From an uncultured Oscillospiraceae bacterium (GTDB taxonomy: Bacteria > Bacillota > Clostridia > Oscillospirales > Oscillospiraceae), in the NCBI GenBank assembly GCA_944387145.1, contig CALXDU010000001.1, positions 100-64,099 of the forward strand: DNA of 64,000 nucleotides, written 5' to 3'. The translations under genes were made by a program, and so were the position numbers. The notes below the pieces were generated by a model. The model did no database searches. It saw nothing but the letters and a program-made list of their open reading frames with translations, and had not been told where the DNA came from. Positions 26,820 to 36,483 of this stretch are shown piece after piece. Position 1 is the stretch's first letter, and every line of letters begins with the position of its first letter.

Positions 26820-27467
26820 ATGGAAATCCTGTTTGCAGATAAGGATATTGTCGTGTGCATCAAACCGCCACGGGTTCTGTCTACGGATGAACCGGGAGGT
26901 CTGCCGGAACTTGTGCGTCAGGCATTGGGGGACCCCGGCGCAGATGTTCGGACGGTGCACCGCCTTGACCGAGTGGTCAGCGGTGTGATGGTACTGGCCA
27001 GAAACCCCCAGGCGGCATCAGAACTGTCCCGGCAAATCCGGGAAGATCAATTTCAAAAAGAATACCTGGCCATTCTGCATGGCTGCCTGGAGGAACAGCA
27101 GGGAACCCTGACTGACCTTCTGGTTCGGGATAAGGCAAGAAAAATGACCCTGGTTGCCAAGAAGCCGGGAAAAGGCGTTCAGGAAGCAATCTTAGATTAC
27201 ACCGTTCTTGCCAAAACTGCAGATTTCTCTATGGTAAACATCCACCTGCGTACCGGCAGAACTCACCAGATTCGCGTCCAGTTTTCCAGCCGGGGCTATC
27301 CTCTGGTGGGGGAAAGAAAATATGTCGTTCAGGATGACCCCTGCGAAATTGCCCTGTGGTCCCATAAAATTGGCTTTTACCATCCGACAACCGGGCAGTG
27401 GATGGATATTTGCAAAGAGCCGCCCCAGGAGTATCCCTGGACGCAGTTTCAAGGAGAATTTGTATGA
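26820..27467 (+). CDS. RluA-family pseudouridine synthase
   Basis: HRLDRVVSG with catalytic Asp; TGRTHQIRV. Confidence 0.93.
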   Translation: MEILFADKDIVVCIKPPRVLSTDEPGGLPELVRQALGDPGADVRTVHRLDRVVSGVMVLARNPQAASELSRQIREDQFQKEYLAILHGCLEEQQGTLTDLLVRDKARKMTLVAKKPGKGVQEAILDYTVLAKTADFSMVNIHLRTGRTHQIRVQFSSRGYPLVGERKYVVQDDPCEIALWSHKIGFYHPTTGQWMDICKEPPQEYPWTQFQGEFV

Positions 27468-27730
27468 GCCACTATGACTTTTTCCAAAATCGGGAATGTG
27501 AGTATTTTCCCTGCCATGAAGGAGCCGATCCGGATACCTTCAGCTGTCTGTTCTGCTACTGCCCGCTGTATTGTCTTGCAGACAAGTGCGGCGGCAGCTT
27601 CCGTTATCTGGACAATGGAATCAAAGACTGCTCCCGGTGCCTGCATCCCCATCGCAGGGAAAATTACGAGAAAATCTGTGGAAAAATGAAAGACGTTCTG
27701 GAAATCGCCAGGAGAATGCCGGAAAAATAG
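27464..27730 (+). CDS. Cysteine-rich small-domain (putative metal-binding) protein
   Basis: FFQNRECEYFPCH..CLFCYCPLY..KDCSRCLHPH; ATGA overlap with the RluA gene. Confidence 0.85.
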   Translation: MSHYDFFQNRECEYFPCHEGADPDTFSCLFCYCPLYCLADKCGGSFRYLDNGIKDCSRCLHPHRRENYEKICGKMKDVLEIARRMPEK

Positions 27731-27732
27731 GT

Positions 27733-30051
27733 TTACAGCGGAGGATTTTTTCCGTAAATCCGCTTGACTTCCTGCACGATTCCCGTATCTGCTGGGCAGA
27801 AGGGGTAGTTATCAGCTTGGCTGGGATGAATCCAGCATAGGGCGTTATGCTCCATCGCCTGAGGAAATCCGGAGGGAATGGTGCAGTGGAATAGGGTCAG
27901 CCGAATCAGCATGTCGGGATATTCGTGCATTACCTGCATGAACTGATTTCCCACTTCTACAGTAATGGCCAATTCCTCGGCACATTCACGCACCAGTGCC
28001 TGCTGTTTGGTTTCTCCCGGCTCTACTTTTCCGCCTACAAATTCCCACAGAAGTCCCCGGGATTTGTTGGCGGGACGCTGGCAGATGAGAAATTTGTCTT
28101 TTTCCCAGATCAGCGCAGCAACTACATCCACCGGCTTTTTCCTGCTGAGTACCAGTGTGGAAATGGGAGCGATGACAGCGCTGTCCCGCAGGATATCCAA
28201 AGATTCCGTGCCCGCTTCCTGATCCCGAACATTGACATGCCAGGGGCCTTCCGGAAGGGGAAGGGTAGTTTCACTGGTGTCAGCGTTGAATACAATCAGA
28301 AGCTCTTCCGCCTGGTCGTCCAGGTAGAATCCAACCACATGACCGTTTCCGCAGCCAATGGGATGCACTTTGGCGCAGACCGCATCCCGGGTCATAAGCC
28401 GCAGTACCGGATGGGCTTTGCGCAGGGCGATCAAGCCCCGGTAGTAGTCTGCTGTCTGAGCGTATTCTGGTTTGTCCAGATCCTCCCAGTGCAGGGCGTT
28501 GACCCGGTCGGGGGAGCGATAGCTGTTATCATCAAACTGCCCTTTCTTTCCGGGCTTGGTACGCAGCAGCTCTTCTCCGGCCTGGAAGAACGGAACACCC
28601 TGAGACAGCAGGCAGAAAGCCGCCGCCAGATTGTTCATCCGAATCCGCACATCTCTGGGCGCTTCCGGTGCAGACAGAGACAGCCTGTCAAACAATGTGT
28701 GATTGTCATGGCAGGAAACATAGTTAACGCATTGATACGGCTGTGCGGCCCAGGAAGGCATTCCCATGAAGCTGGCTTCCAACTCACTTTTGGCGCACAG
28801 TGCCCCGGAAGCGAAGCCAAGCGCATCCTGGTAAAAGGTAGAACCCCGAAGCAAATCCCGGATGGTATCACTGAAGAAAGAGAAACCGGGAAGCTGGAAG
28901 GAATTTCCCTGTACTGCCAAAGCGATGCCGGGTTTTGTGGGCATGGTCTGCATGCTCCAGCCTTCCCCATAGAAAATAACATCCGGATGCCGCTGGTGTA
29001 CCGTCCGGACAATCTCCTGAATGGTCACCACATCCAGCAGCCCTACCAAGTCAAACCGGAAGCCGTCGATATGGTATTCATCCGCCCAATAATTGACAGA
29101 ATCGACAATATATTTGCGCACCATAGCACGTTCCGAGGCGGTGTCATTACCGCAGAAGGAGCCGTTGGAGTATGTCCCATCGGAGCCAATGCGGCTGAAA
29201 TAACCTGGGACGATTTTGTTGAAGCAGAAGCTCCCTGCGTCGTAAACGTGGTTGTATACCACATCCATCACCACGCTGATACCAGCATCATGAATGCTCT
29301 TCACCATCTGCTTCATTTCCCGGATGCGCACTTCTCCATGATGAGGATCGGTGGAATAGGAACCTTCCGGAACGTTAAAGTTCACCGGGTCGTATCCCCA
29401 GTTATACTGAGGACTGCGGCGGCTTTCGTCGGTATATCCAAAATCAAATACCGGCAGCAGATGCAGATGGGTGACCCCCAAATTCCGGATATGCTCCAGG
29501 CCAATGGGTTTGCCGCCTTTGGTCTTGATGCCGGAATTGGTGAAGGCCAGGAATTTTCCTTTGTTGGTCATACGGCTGAACTTGCCCATGGAATAATCCC
29601 GGACATGCAGTTCGTAAATGACGGCGTCGGTGATGTTTTTTCCGGCGTTGGGGTTGCGGTCTTGGCCCCAGCCAGCTGGATTGGTAGCGGACAAGTCTAC
29701 CACCATGGCACGTACACCATTGATGCCAACTGCTCTGGCGTAAGGGTCACAGGCTTCGTTCATCTGCCCGTCTACCATGACCAAATATGTGTAATATAGT
29801 CCACTGCAATTTCCTTCTTTTGCGGCGACCCAGGTTCCGTTAATATCCTTCTGCATCCGCAGCTGCCCCATAAGGTCCTGACTATCAGGTTCGCCACTTT
29901 GGTAAAGGTTGATGGTCACTTCCTCTGCGGTTGGTGCCCACAGCCGGAAATGCGTCACCTCCGGCGTCCAAACCGAGCCCAAATCTGTGCCGGTATAGGT
30001 GTATTCTGCCTCAAATGCCGGGTCTGCGTAACGTTCGTACATAGAGTGCAC
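27733..30051 (-). CDS. Type I pullulanase (GH13) fused to a C-terminal MutT-like NUDIX hydrolase
   Basis: YNWGYDP, MDVVYNH, GFRFDL, YGEGW, CHDN; then in frame VVAALIW..WEFVGGKVEPGETKQQALVRECAEEL; no signal peptide. Confidence 0.9.
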   Translation of the reverse strand: MHSMYERYADPAFEAEYTYTGTDLGSVWTPEVTHFRLWAPTAEEVTINLYQSGEPDSQDLMGQLRMQKDINGTWVAAKEGNCSGLYYTYLVMVDGQMNEACDPYARAVGINGVRAMVVDLSATNPAGWGQDRNPNAGKNITDAVIYELHVRDYSMGKFSRMTNKGKFLAFTNSGIKTKGGKPIGLEHIRNLGVTHLHLLPVFDFGYTDESRRSPQYNWGYDPVNFNVPEGSYSTDPHHGEVRIREMKQMVKSIHDAGISVVMDVVYNHVYDAGSFCFNKIVPGYFSRIGSDGTYSNGSFCGNDTASERAMVRKYIVDSVNYWADEYHIDGFRFDLVGLLDVVTIQEIVRTVHQRHPDVIFYGEGWSMQTMPTKPGIALAVQGNSFQLPGFSFFSDTIRDLLRGSTFYQDALGFASGALCAKSELEASFMGMPSWAAQPYQCVNYVSCHDNHTLFDRLSLSAPEAPRDVRIRMNNLAAAFCLLSQGVPFFQAGEELLRTKPGKKGQFDDNSYRSPDRVNALHWEDLDKPEYAQTADYYRGLIALRKAHPVLRLMTRDAVCAKVHPIGCGNGHVVGFYLDDQAEELLIVFNADTSETTLPLPEGPWHVNVRDQEAGTESLDILRDSAVIAPISTLVLSRKKPVDVVAALIWEKDKFLICQRPANKSRGLLWEFVGGKVEPGETKQQALVRECAEELAITVEVGNQFMQVMHEYPDMLIRLTLFHCTIPSGFPQAMEHNALCWIHPSQADNYPFCPADTGIVQEVKRIYGKNPPL

Positions 30052-30252
30052 ATGCTCCTTACAATGAAAGTATGGGAATCTTTCGTACTCGAATTATAAC
30101 ATGGTCGCAGGGCTCTGTAAAGAAATATCCAGGGGAAAGCAATCGCATTTTTGGCCGGAATTTTACAAAATACGTCTAGCACATTTTACAGAAAAGGGGT
30201 ATCCTATCCTTGTATTTGAATGTCTGAAATGTGATAAATAAGGAGAAACGCA

Positions 30253-30909
30253 ATGACCTATGATGAAGTCCGTCAAGATGCGGCGGTAAAAGTATACATT
30301 GCCCAGGCAGATGCCTCCATGGCTGCTTTGGGATTTACAGAGCATAGCTTTGCCCATGTAACCCGTGTGGCGGAGCTTGCGGGCAATATTCTGCAAACGC
30401 TGGACTATCCCCAGCGGACAGTGGAACTGGCGAAAATTGCGGGGTATCTGCATGATATCGGTAATGTTGTCAACCGGGTAGACCACAGCCAGAGCGGAGC
30501 TGTGATGGCTTTTCGGATTTTGGACCGCATGAATTTTCCGCCGGAGGAGATTGCGTCTATTGTGACAGCCATTGGCAACCATGACGAAGGAAACGGCGTA
30601 CCGGTCAATGCGGTGGCTGCAGCTCTGTTCCTGGCAGATAAATCCGACGTGCGCCGCTCCCGAGTTCGCAGCAAGGAAAGTGTGGCCTTTGATATTCACG
30701 ACCGGGTCAATTATTCCGTAACGGAGTCTGTGCTGCAGATCAACAAAGAAGAGCAGATCATCGAACTGAAGCTGACGGTAGACACCCAGGTCAGCTCTGT
30801 AATGGAGTATTTTGAAATCTTTATGAAGCGTATGCTGCTATGCTGCCAGGCGGCAAAGCGCCTTGGCTTTACTTTCCGGCTGCGAATCAACGACCAGGTT
30901 CTGGCTTGA
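30253..30909 (+). CDS. HD-domain phosphohydrolase
   Basis: HSFAH, LHDIG, GNHDE, ADKSD. Confidence 0.88.
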   Translation: MTYDEVRQDAAVKVYIAQADASMAALGFTEHSFAHVTRVAELAGNILQTLDYPQRTVELAKIAGYLHDIGNVVNRVDHSQSGAVMAFRILDRMNFPPEEIASIVTAIGNHDEGNGVPVNAVAAALFLADKSDVRRSRVRSKESVAFDIHDRVNYSVTESVLQINKEEQIIELKLTVDTQVSSVMEYFEIFMKRMLLCCQAAKRLGFTFRLRINDQVLA

Positions 30910-30918
30910 CTGCAAAAA

Positions 30919-30948
30919 AACGCTCCGAGACAATTGTCTCGGAGCGTT
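30919..30948. terminator. Bidirectional terminator
   Basis: AACGCTCCGAGACAA-TTGTCTCGGAGCGTT perfect inverted repeat between convergent genes. Confidence 0.82.
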
Positions 30949-30954
30949 TGTACA

Positions 30955-32601
30955 TTAACCCAGTTGGGCAATGGTGGCTTGAATCCGGCTGATGGTGCGG
31001 TCTTTTCCCAAAATCTGCATAACCGTGTACAGATCGGGGGAATTGGTCTTTCCGGTTACCGCCAGACGAATGAAGGTAGACACATCCGCCACCGTTCCGG
31101 GGAAGGCGGAGGGATCCGCTTTGTAAGCCTTCATATCGGTGGTAAATCCGATCTCATTGGTAATGGCCTTGACCTTTTCAAACCAGGTGTTGGCATCATC
31201 GCCGATGTCAAAGGAATCCAGGAAACGGTTCAGCACATCTGCAATGACAGTCTTGTCAAATGCAGTGCCAAAATCCGGCTTTTCCAGGTAATCATCATAG
31301 AAGAAACCCATATACTCCTTGGCATCTTTCCAAACGGCCAGGTCTTTTCTGGGCTTTTTGCCGCCCCGACCGATGGCCAGAATCCGGGTAGCAAACTCCG
31401 GATCTGCTGCCAGCTTGCCGCCAAAGTCCGGATCGTATTCCTGTGCCCACTCGGTAAGCAGGCTGTAAACCTCTTCTGCGGACATTCGGGAGATGACATT
31501 CTTGGAAACGTCCACCAGCTTGGCGTAATCAAACAGGGAGCCAGCAGGATTCAGCTTCTTGGGATTGAACTTGAAGCTGTCCACGGGAGCGTCGGGATTG
31601 GCTCTGCGCCAGTCTTCAAAGTTGGAGTTGAGCAGGGTCATGATATACTCATAAACCGCAGCTACAGGGAGGCCTTCCGCCTTGTAATAGGTCAGTGCCA
31701 ACTCCGGGTCTTTGCGCTTACTGAGCTTGCGCTTGGAGTTGCCGTCCATCTTCATCAGCGGTCCAATGTGGACATACTTGGGAAGTTTGAAGCCCAGAGC
31801 CTGGAACAGCTGAATGTGGAAGGGCAGGGTAGGCAGCCATTCATCGCCGCGGACCACATGGGTGGTACGCATCAGATGATCGTCCACGGCATGGGCAAAG
31901 TGGTAGGTGGGAATGCCGTCGGATTTCAGCAGAACATGGTCAATATCGTTTTCGGTGATGGTGAGTTTTCCCTTCACCAGATCGTCGAATTTGAACTGGT
32001 GTTCAATGCTGCCGGTGGAGCGGAACCGCAGAACCCAAGGGTTACCGGCATCCAGCTGTGCCTGAATATCCTCCATGGAGCGGTCGCGCCAGATGGCATA
32101 CTTTCCATAGTAGCCGGTATTTTCTTTGTTTGCTTCCTGGGTTTCCCGCATGGCGGCGAGCTCTTCTTCGGTGCAGAAGCAGGGATAGGCCTGACCCTGG
32201 GCAACCAGCTTCTTGGCGTAGACATGGTAGATGGCCGCCCGCTGCCGCTGATGGTAGGGGCCATAAATTCCATTGTCGCCATCCATGGTAGCGCCTTCGT
32301 CAAAGCAGATGCCGTAGTGCTTCAAGGTGTTGATCAGCACTTCCACAGCGCCGGGAACTTCCCGCTTGGCATCGGTGTCTTCCACCCGCAGGAACAGAAC
32401 GCCGCCGGACTGATGGGCCATCCGCTCGGAGGTCAGACCCTGCACCAGATTGCCCAGATGGACAAAACCGGTAGGAGAAGGAGCCATACGGGTGACAACG
32501 GCACCTTCAGGCACCTGACGGGCCGGGAACCGCGCTTCCAAGGCTTCCGGCGTATCCGCTACATCAGGAAACAGGAGATCCGCTAAAGCTTGATAATCCA
32601 T
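30955..32601 (-). CDS. gltX: Glutamate--tRNA ligase (long clostridial type)
   Basis: RMAPSPTGFVHLGN, LRVEDTD, PTYHFAHAVDD, RGDEW, KLSKR. Confidence 0.95.
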   Translation of the reverse strand: MDYQALADLLFPDVADTPEALEARFPARQVPEGAVVTRMAPSPTGFVHLGNLVQGLTSERMAHQSGGVLFLRVEDTDAKREVPGAVEVLINTLKHYGICFDEGATMDGDNGIYGPYHQRQRAAIYHVYAKKLVAQGQAYPCFCTEEELAAMRETQEANKENTGYYGKYAIWRDRSMEDIQAQLDAGNPWVLRFRSTGSIEHQFKFDDLVKGKLTITENDIDHVLLKSDGIPTYHFAHAVDDHLMRTTHVVRGDEWLPTLPFHIQLFQALGFKLPKYVHIGPLMKMDGNSKRKLSKRKDPELALTYYKAEGLPVAAVYEYIMTLLNSNFEDWRRANPDAPVDSFKFNPKKLNPAGSLFDYAKLVDVSKNVISRMSAEEVYSLLTEWAQEYDPDFGGKLAADPEFATRILAIGRGGKKPRKDLAVWKDAKEYMGFFYDDYLEKPDFGTAFDKTVIADVLNRFLDSFDIGDDANTWFEKVKAITNEIGFTTDMKAYKADPSAFPGTVADVSTFIRLAVTGKTNSPDLYTVMQILGKDRTISRIQATIAQLG

Positions 32602-32752
32602 AATTGTTTTCCTCTCTTGTCTGAATTTCTAGCATAGAGTATAGCATATCCGTACCTGGAAATCAATTCATTCCGGCAGGAAAATCTCCTTGCACAATTG
32701 GCCCTTCTGTGTTAAAATATCCCAAATGACCAATAAAGGAAGCGAGAATTTT

Positions 32753-33775
32753 ATGAGCGACGTGATTGCGGAAACTCCCAAGAAGAGAATGCTCTCCGGC
32801 ATTAAACCCTCCGGAGATTTGACTTTGGGCTCCTACCTGGGAGCCATCAAAAACTGGGCAGAGCGGGCGGATTACTATGACTGCTATTACTTCATGGCTG
32901 ACCTGCACGCCATTACCGTGCGGCAGAATCCGGCTGATCTGCGCCGCCGGACTCTGGAGCAGCTGGCGCAGTATATTGCCTGCGGCCTGGATCCGGAAAA
33001 GAATACCCTGTTTATTCAGAGCCATGTCCATCAGCATGCAGAATTGGGCTGGGTGCTGGACTGCTATGCCATGTTCGGTGAACTTTCCCGGATGACCCAG
33101 TTTAAGGATAAGTCTGCCAAGAATGCGGACAACATCAACGGCGGCCTGTTTACTTACCCCGCCCTGATGGCTGCGGATATTCTGCTGTATCAGCCGGATC
33201 TGGTGCCTGTGGGTGAGGATCAGAAGCAGCATGTGGAGCTGTGCCATACCATTGCCCGGCGCTTCAACGGTGTCTATGGAGATGTGTTCAAGATTCCGGA
33301 GCCTTTTGTCCCCAAGGTCGGAGCCAGAATCATGAGCCTGACCAATCCCACTGCCAAAATGTCCAAGTCTGAAAATGAGGACACTGGCCGCGTGCTGGTG
33401 ATGGACACACCGGAGACCATTATGCGCCAGTTCAAGCGGGCCATTACCGACTCCGATACGGAAAACTGCGTCCGTTTTGACCGGGAAAACAAGCCTGGTG
33501 TATCCAACCTGATGACCATTTATGCTGCCTGCACCGGCAAAACCTATGAGCAGATTGAGCAGGAATTTGCCGGATGCGGTTACGGCAAGTTCAAACCCGC
33601 TGTAGGCGAGGCTGTGGTGGAGACCCTGCGTCCCATCCGGGAGGAAACCAACCGCTTGCTCAAGGATAAGGCATATCTGGAAAGCGTCTACCGCAATGGT
33701 GCAGAGAAAGCCAGCTACGTTGCGGAAAAGACTCTGCGGAAGGTTTACAAAAAAGTAGGATTCTTGGGGAAATGA
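32753..33775 (+). CDS. trpS: Tryptophan--tRNA ligase
   Basis: SGIKPSG, ADLHAIT, YPALMAADILLY, VPVGEDQKQH, KMSKS. Confidence 0.97.
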   Translation: MSDVIAETPKKRMLSGIKPSGDLTLGSYLGAIKNWAERADYYDCYYFMADLHAITVRQNPADLRRRTLEQLAQYIACGLDPEKNTLFIQSHVHQHAELGWVLDCYAMFGELSRMTQFKDKSAKNADNINGGLFTYPALMAADILLYQPDLVPVGEDQKQHVELCHTIARRFNGVYGDVFKIPEPFVPKVGARIMSLTNPTAKMSKSENEDTGRVLVMDTPETIMRQFKRAITDSDTENCVRFDRENKPGVSNLMTIYAACTGKTYEQIEQEFAGCGYGKFKPAVGEAVVETLRPIREETNRLLKDKAYLESVYRNGAEKASYVAEKTLRKVYKKVGFLGK

Positions 33776-34059
33776 TGGAAAACGAGAATCCAAATCTGCC
33801 TGAGGTTCCGGAAATGGACCTTTATGAGCGGGAAGAACAGTGCAGCCGTGCATTAAAGCAGGTGGCAAAGGCCTGTGTGATGCGAATCGTCGTGACAGGA
33901 CTGCTGCTGTTTGTGCTGCTTTGCGAACAACGGGCATTGTGGTTTTGGGGCCTGCTGGGCCTTGTGATGCTGCTGAACCTGGCGGGGCTGCTTCCTCTGC
34001 TCGGGGAGGTAAAACGGCGGCTGCAAGAGCTGAAGCAGCTGCGCAGTATGGAAGACTGA
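33772..34059 (+). CDS. Small two-TM hypothetical protein
   Basis: Overlaps the trpS stop; two hydrophobic segments; followed by a terminator. Confidence 0.65.
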   Translation: MMENENPNLPEVPEMDLYEREEQCSRALKQVAKACVMRIVVTGLLLFVLLCEQRALWFWGLLGLVMLLNLAGLLPLLGEVKRRLQELKQLRSMED

Positions 34060-34075
34060 TATTGTGTTTTGATTT

Positions 34076-34108
34076 CCCACGGAAAGCGAGGATTCTGCTT
34101 TCCGTGGG
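34076..34108 (+). terminator. Intrinsic terminator
   Basis: CCCACGGAAAGCGAG-GAT-TCTGCTTTCCGTGGG. Confidence 0.7.
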
Positions 34109-34133
34109 AAATTTTTTGAAATTCTGCAATCCA

Positions 34134-34160
34134 TGAAAGTTTTCGTCCGGCAAAATCGTA
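34134..34160 (+). promoter_or_regulatory. Candidate autoregulatory ECF promoter
   Basis: TGAAAG-17-CGTA, resembling the Bacillus sigW/sigX/sigV-type TGAAAC..CGTA. Confidence 0.5.
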
Positions 34161-34194
34161 TCCTGATTGAAGGCGCCTCGAAGGAGTTGAACCA

Positions 34195-34674
34195 ATGGAT
34201 ATCACACAACAAGCGGAGCGATTGGCGAAGGACTATTCCGATGCCATTCTCCGACTTAGCTACACCTATCTGAAAAGTACTGATGATGCTCAGGATATTT
34301 GCCAAACCGTGTTTGTCAAACTGCTGACCCAGCCGATGGAGTTTGACTCGCCGGAGCATGAACGAGCCTATGTTCTGCGGATGGCATCCAATGCCTGTAA
34401 AGACTTGCTGAAGAGTCCCTGGCGAAAACGAAAATGCAGCCTGGATGCCTGTATGGAGATACCGGCTCCCGAAGCAAAGGACGGTTCTGTGTTGGAAGCG
34501 GTCAATCGGCTGCCCACAGCTTACCGAACTGTGATCTACCTGTTTTACTACGAAGGCTATCAGGCGTCGGAGATTGGACAAATTCTTGGGATTCCCACGG
34601 CAACCGTGCACACACGATTGGCAAGAGGTCGGGAAAAGCTGAAACCTTATTTGGAGGAGTATGGATATGCATAA
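34195..34674 (+). CDS. ECF sigma factor (#3, SigV-like)
   Basis: YSDAILRLSYTYLKSTDDAQDICQTVFVKL, YRTVIYLFYYEGY..SEIG, TVHTRLARGR. Confidence 0.92.
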   Translation: MDITQQAERLAKDYSDAILRLSYTYLKSTDDAQDICQTVFVKLLTQPMEFDSPEHERAYVLRMASNACKDLLKSPWRKRKCSLDACMEIPAPEAKDGSVLEAVNRLPTAYRTVIYLFYYEGYQASEIGQILGIPTATVHTRLARGREKLKPYLEEYGYA

Positions 34675-35728
34675 CATGAAAGACTATCAAGATTTCTATA
34701 ATCATCTGTCCTATACTACGGAGCAGAAGGCACATATTGCCGCCAAGGCCGCTGCTGCAGCAGTCCGGAGAAAGCCGGAGCGTAAATGGATGTACCTGAG
34801 TAAAATTGCGGTAGCCGCAGCCTGCTTGGTTTGCTTGCTGACGGTTACGGCGGAGGCGGCAGGCATTCCCACACCGCTGTCAGAGCTTCTGGCTCCCATC
34901 TTCGGCGGAAGCGTTGCCCAAACAGAAGTGATTGATAAAATTGGCCATCCGATTGGGGCTTCTGATACAGACAACGGTATTACCATTCAGGCAGATGCCG
35001 TGATCGGGGATGAATATAATATCTGCATGGTTTATACCATCCGCCGGGATGATGGGACACCCTTGCTGCCGGAAGGTGTGACGGCGAATCATCTGCTGTC
35101 AGGAGCATTTGACCGCACGTCTTACGGTAAAGGCGGGCATGGTATGTCTTATTTTGTGGACACAGTTCCGGGAGATGCGGAGATCCAGTATGTCACGGTA
35201 TTCAGTTCTGACGAACCGGTGAATCAGGGAAAGGTTACAGCCCAATTCCATGACCTTTTCTGTTATGATGATACCGCAAAGGAGAGATTTCCTGTTTTAG
35301 AGGGAAGTTGGAAATTCCGCTTTGACATTGCCTATGAGGATGCTTCCGTCCATTTGGGTGGCGGAGAGACCTTTTCTCAGGATGGACTGAATTTTACCAT
35401 CACAGAAATTCGCCTTTCCCCTCTGGCAGTCAGCGTTGCCTATGAAGCGGATTCTCAGGTGCAGTGGAGCAATGCGGAAAACGGAAAACAGCCCGAAGAA
35501 GACGAACGTGAATGGGAACGTTATCAGGAAAACATTGCGGTGTTTTTGACCAAGAAAGATGGTACGGTTCTGGACTTGACTGTCTCCGGCGGTTCCTTAG
35601 CAGCTGAGGAGGGAAAAACCATCGGCGTGAAAGGAATGGTTTTTGACCAGATTGTTCCTTTGGAGGATATGGAAAGCCTTACGGTTGGAGGCGTTACCTT
35701 CCCCATCGGAGACAACAGTAATGCATAA
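34661..35728 (+). CDS. Putative anti-sigma factor (DUF4179-like)
   Basis: Overlaps the sigma gene; single TM; IGASDTDNGITIQADAVIGD; GSWKFRF. Confidence 0.78.
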   Translation: MDMHNMKDYQDFYNHLSYTTEQKAHIAAKAAAAAVRRKPERKWMYLSKIAVAAACLVCLLTVTAEAAGIPTPLSELLAPIFGGSVAQTEVIDKIGHPIGASDTDNGITIQADAVIGDEYNICMVYTIRRDDGTPLLPEGVTANHLLSGAFDRTSYGKGGHGMSYFVDTVPGDAEIQYVTVFSSDEPVNQGKVTAQFHDLFCYDDTAKERFPVLEGSWKFRFDIAYEDASVHLGGGETFSQDGLNFTITEIRLSPLAVSVAYEADSQVQWSNAENGKQPEEDEREWERYQENIAVFLTKKDGTVLDLTVSGGSLAAEEGKTIGVKGMVFDQIVPLEDMESLTVGGVTFPIGDNSNA

Positions 35729-35736
35729 GCAGAAAA

Positions 35737-35762
35737 GTGGAGGCGACAGCAGTCGCCTCCAC
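35737..35762. terminator. Bidirectional terminator
   Basis: GTGGAGGCGAC-AGCA-GTCGCCTCCAC. Confidence 0.78.
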
Positions 35763-35766
35763 AAAT

Positions 35767-36432
35767 TTATGATTGGTCAGAAGAATTGGCCAGACTTGCG
35801 TAATCCGGCATGGCATATCCACGGATGTGCATGTCATTCAGGAGAACATACCGGTAGCCTACGGCATCGTCTTTGTTCCCTTCGATTACTTTCACGAAAG
35901 GCCATTTGGTACCCACCACAATGCCCACATGGTCAGACCAGCCTGTGCAGTCGCCAAAGCCCTTTGCATCCCAGTCGTAAAAAATCAAATCTCCCGGCAG
36001 GGGAACGGCAGCGTCATCTTCTTCCCAGCGGCCGATTTCCTGAAATAGACCAATGTGACGTTCACAGCCGCATTCGGTGGGAATGATGTCTGTCAAACCG
36101 CATTCAATCGCCATGGCGCTGACAAAGGTGGAGCACCAGCTGTCCGTGTCCTGTACTACATATCCCACAGCCAGCGGTTCGTGGTTGTTGTAGATGTTCA
36201 AAATGGCTTTGTGACTGCCATCGGCTTCGTTATAGCCCAGATACTGCTCCGCTGTTTCCACCAGCTGCAGCCGAAGGGCTTCTTCCTGGGGGGAAACTTT
36301 CCAGTAAAATCCCCAGTCAGAGAAGAGATAATGACGTACGATCGCTGCAGCCATCAGCAAACATACGGCGGCAGCAGCGATTCGCTTTTTCAATCCTTGC
36401 TTTTCTTTTGTTATCACTGGGCAACCTCCCAC
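35767..36432 (-). CDS. Membrane-anchored CHAP-domain peptidoglycan hydrolase
   Basis: N-terminal TM, WCSTFVS (Cys), PGDLIFYDW, DHVGIV (His), IEGN; start uncertain. Confidence 0.85.
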   Translation of the reverse strand: MGGCPVITKEKQGLKKRIAAAAVCLLMAAAIVRHYLFSDWGFYWKVSPQEEALRLQLVETAEQYLGYNEADGSHKAILNIYNNHEPLAVGYVVQDTDSWCSTFVSAMAIECGLTDIIPTECGCERHIGLFQEIGRWEEDDAAVPLPGDLIFYDWDAKGFGDCTGWSDHVGIVVGTKWPFVKVIEGNKDDAVGYRYVLLNDMHIRGYAMPDYASLANSSDQS

Positions 36433-36483
36433 TGTAGATTGCCCACCATTATATCAGTTCATTCGACGCAAAGCAACGTATTT

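Noticed and set aside
27925-29799. 624-aa plus-strand ORF
   Set aside because: Antisense shadow of the pullulanase gene; no recognisable domain.
32753-33775. TrpRS HIGH-equivalent reads TLGS rather than TLGN, as a possible antibiotic-resistant variant
   Set aside because: A single substitution with no supporting context; insufficient evidence.
30934-34195. 550-aa and 510-aa ORFs opposite gltX and trpS
   Set aside because: Antisense shadows of synthetase genes.
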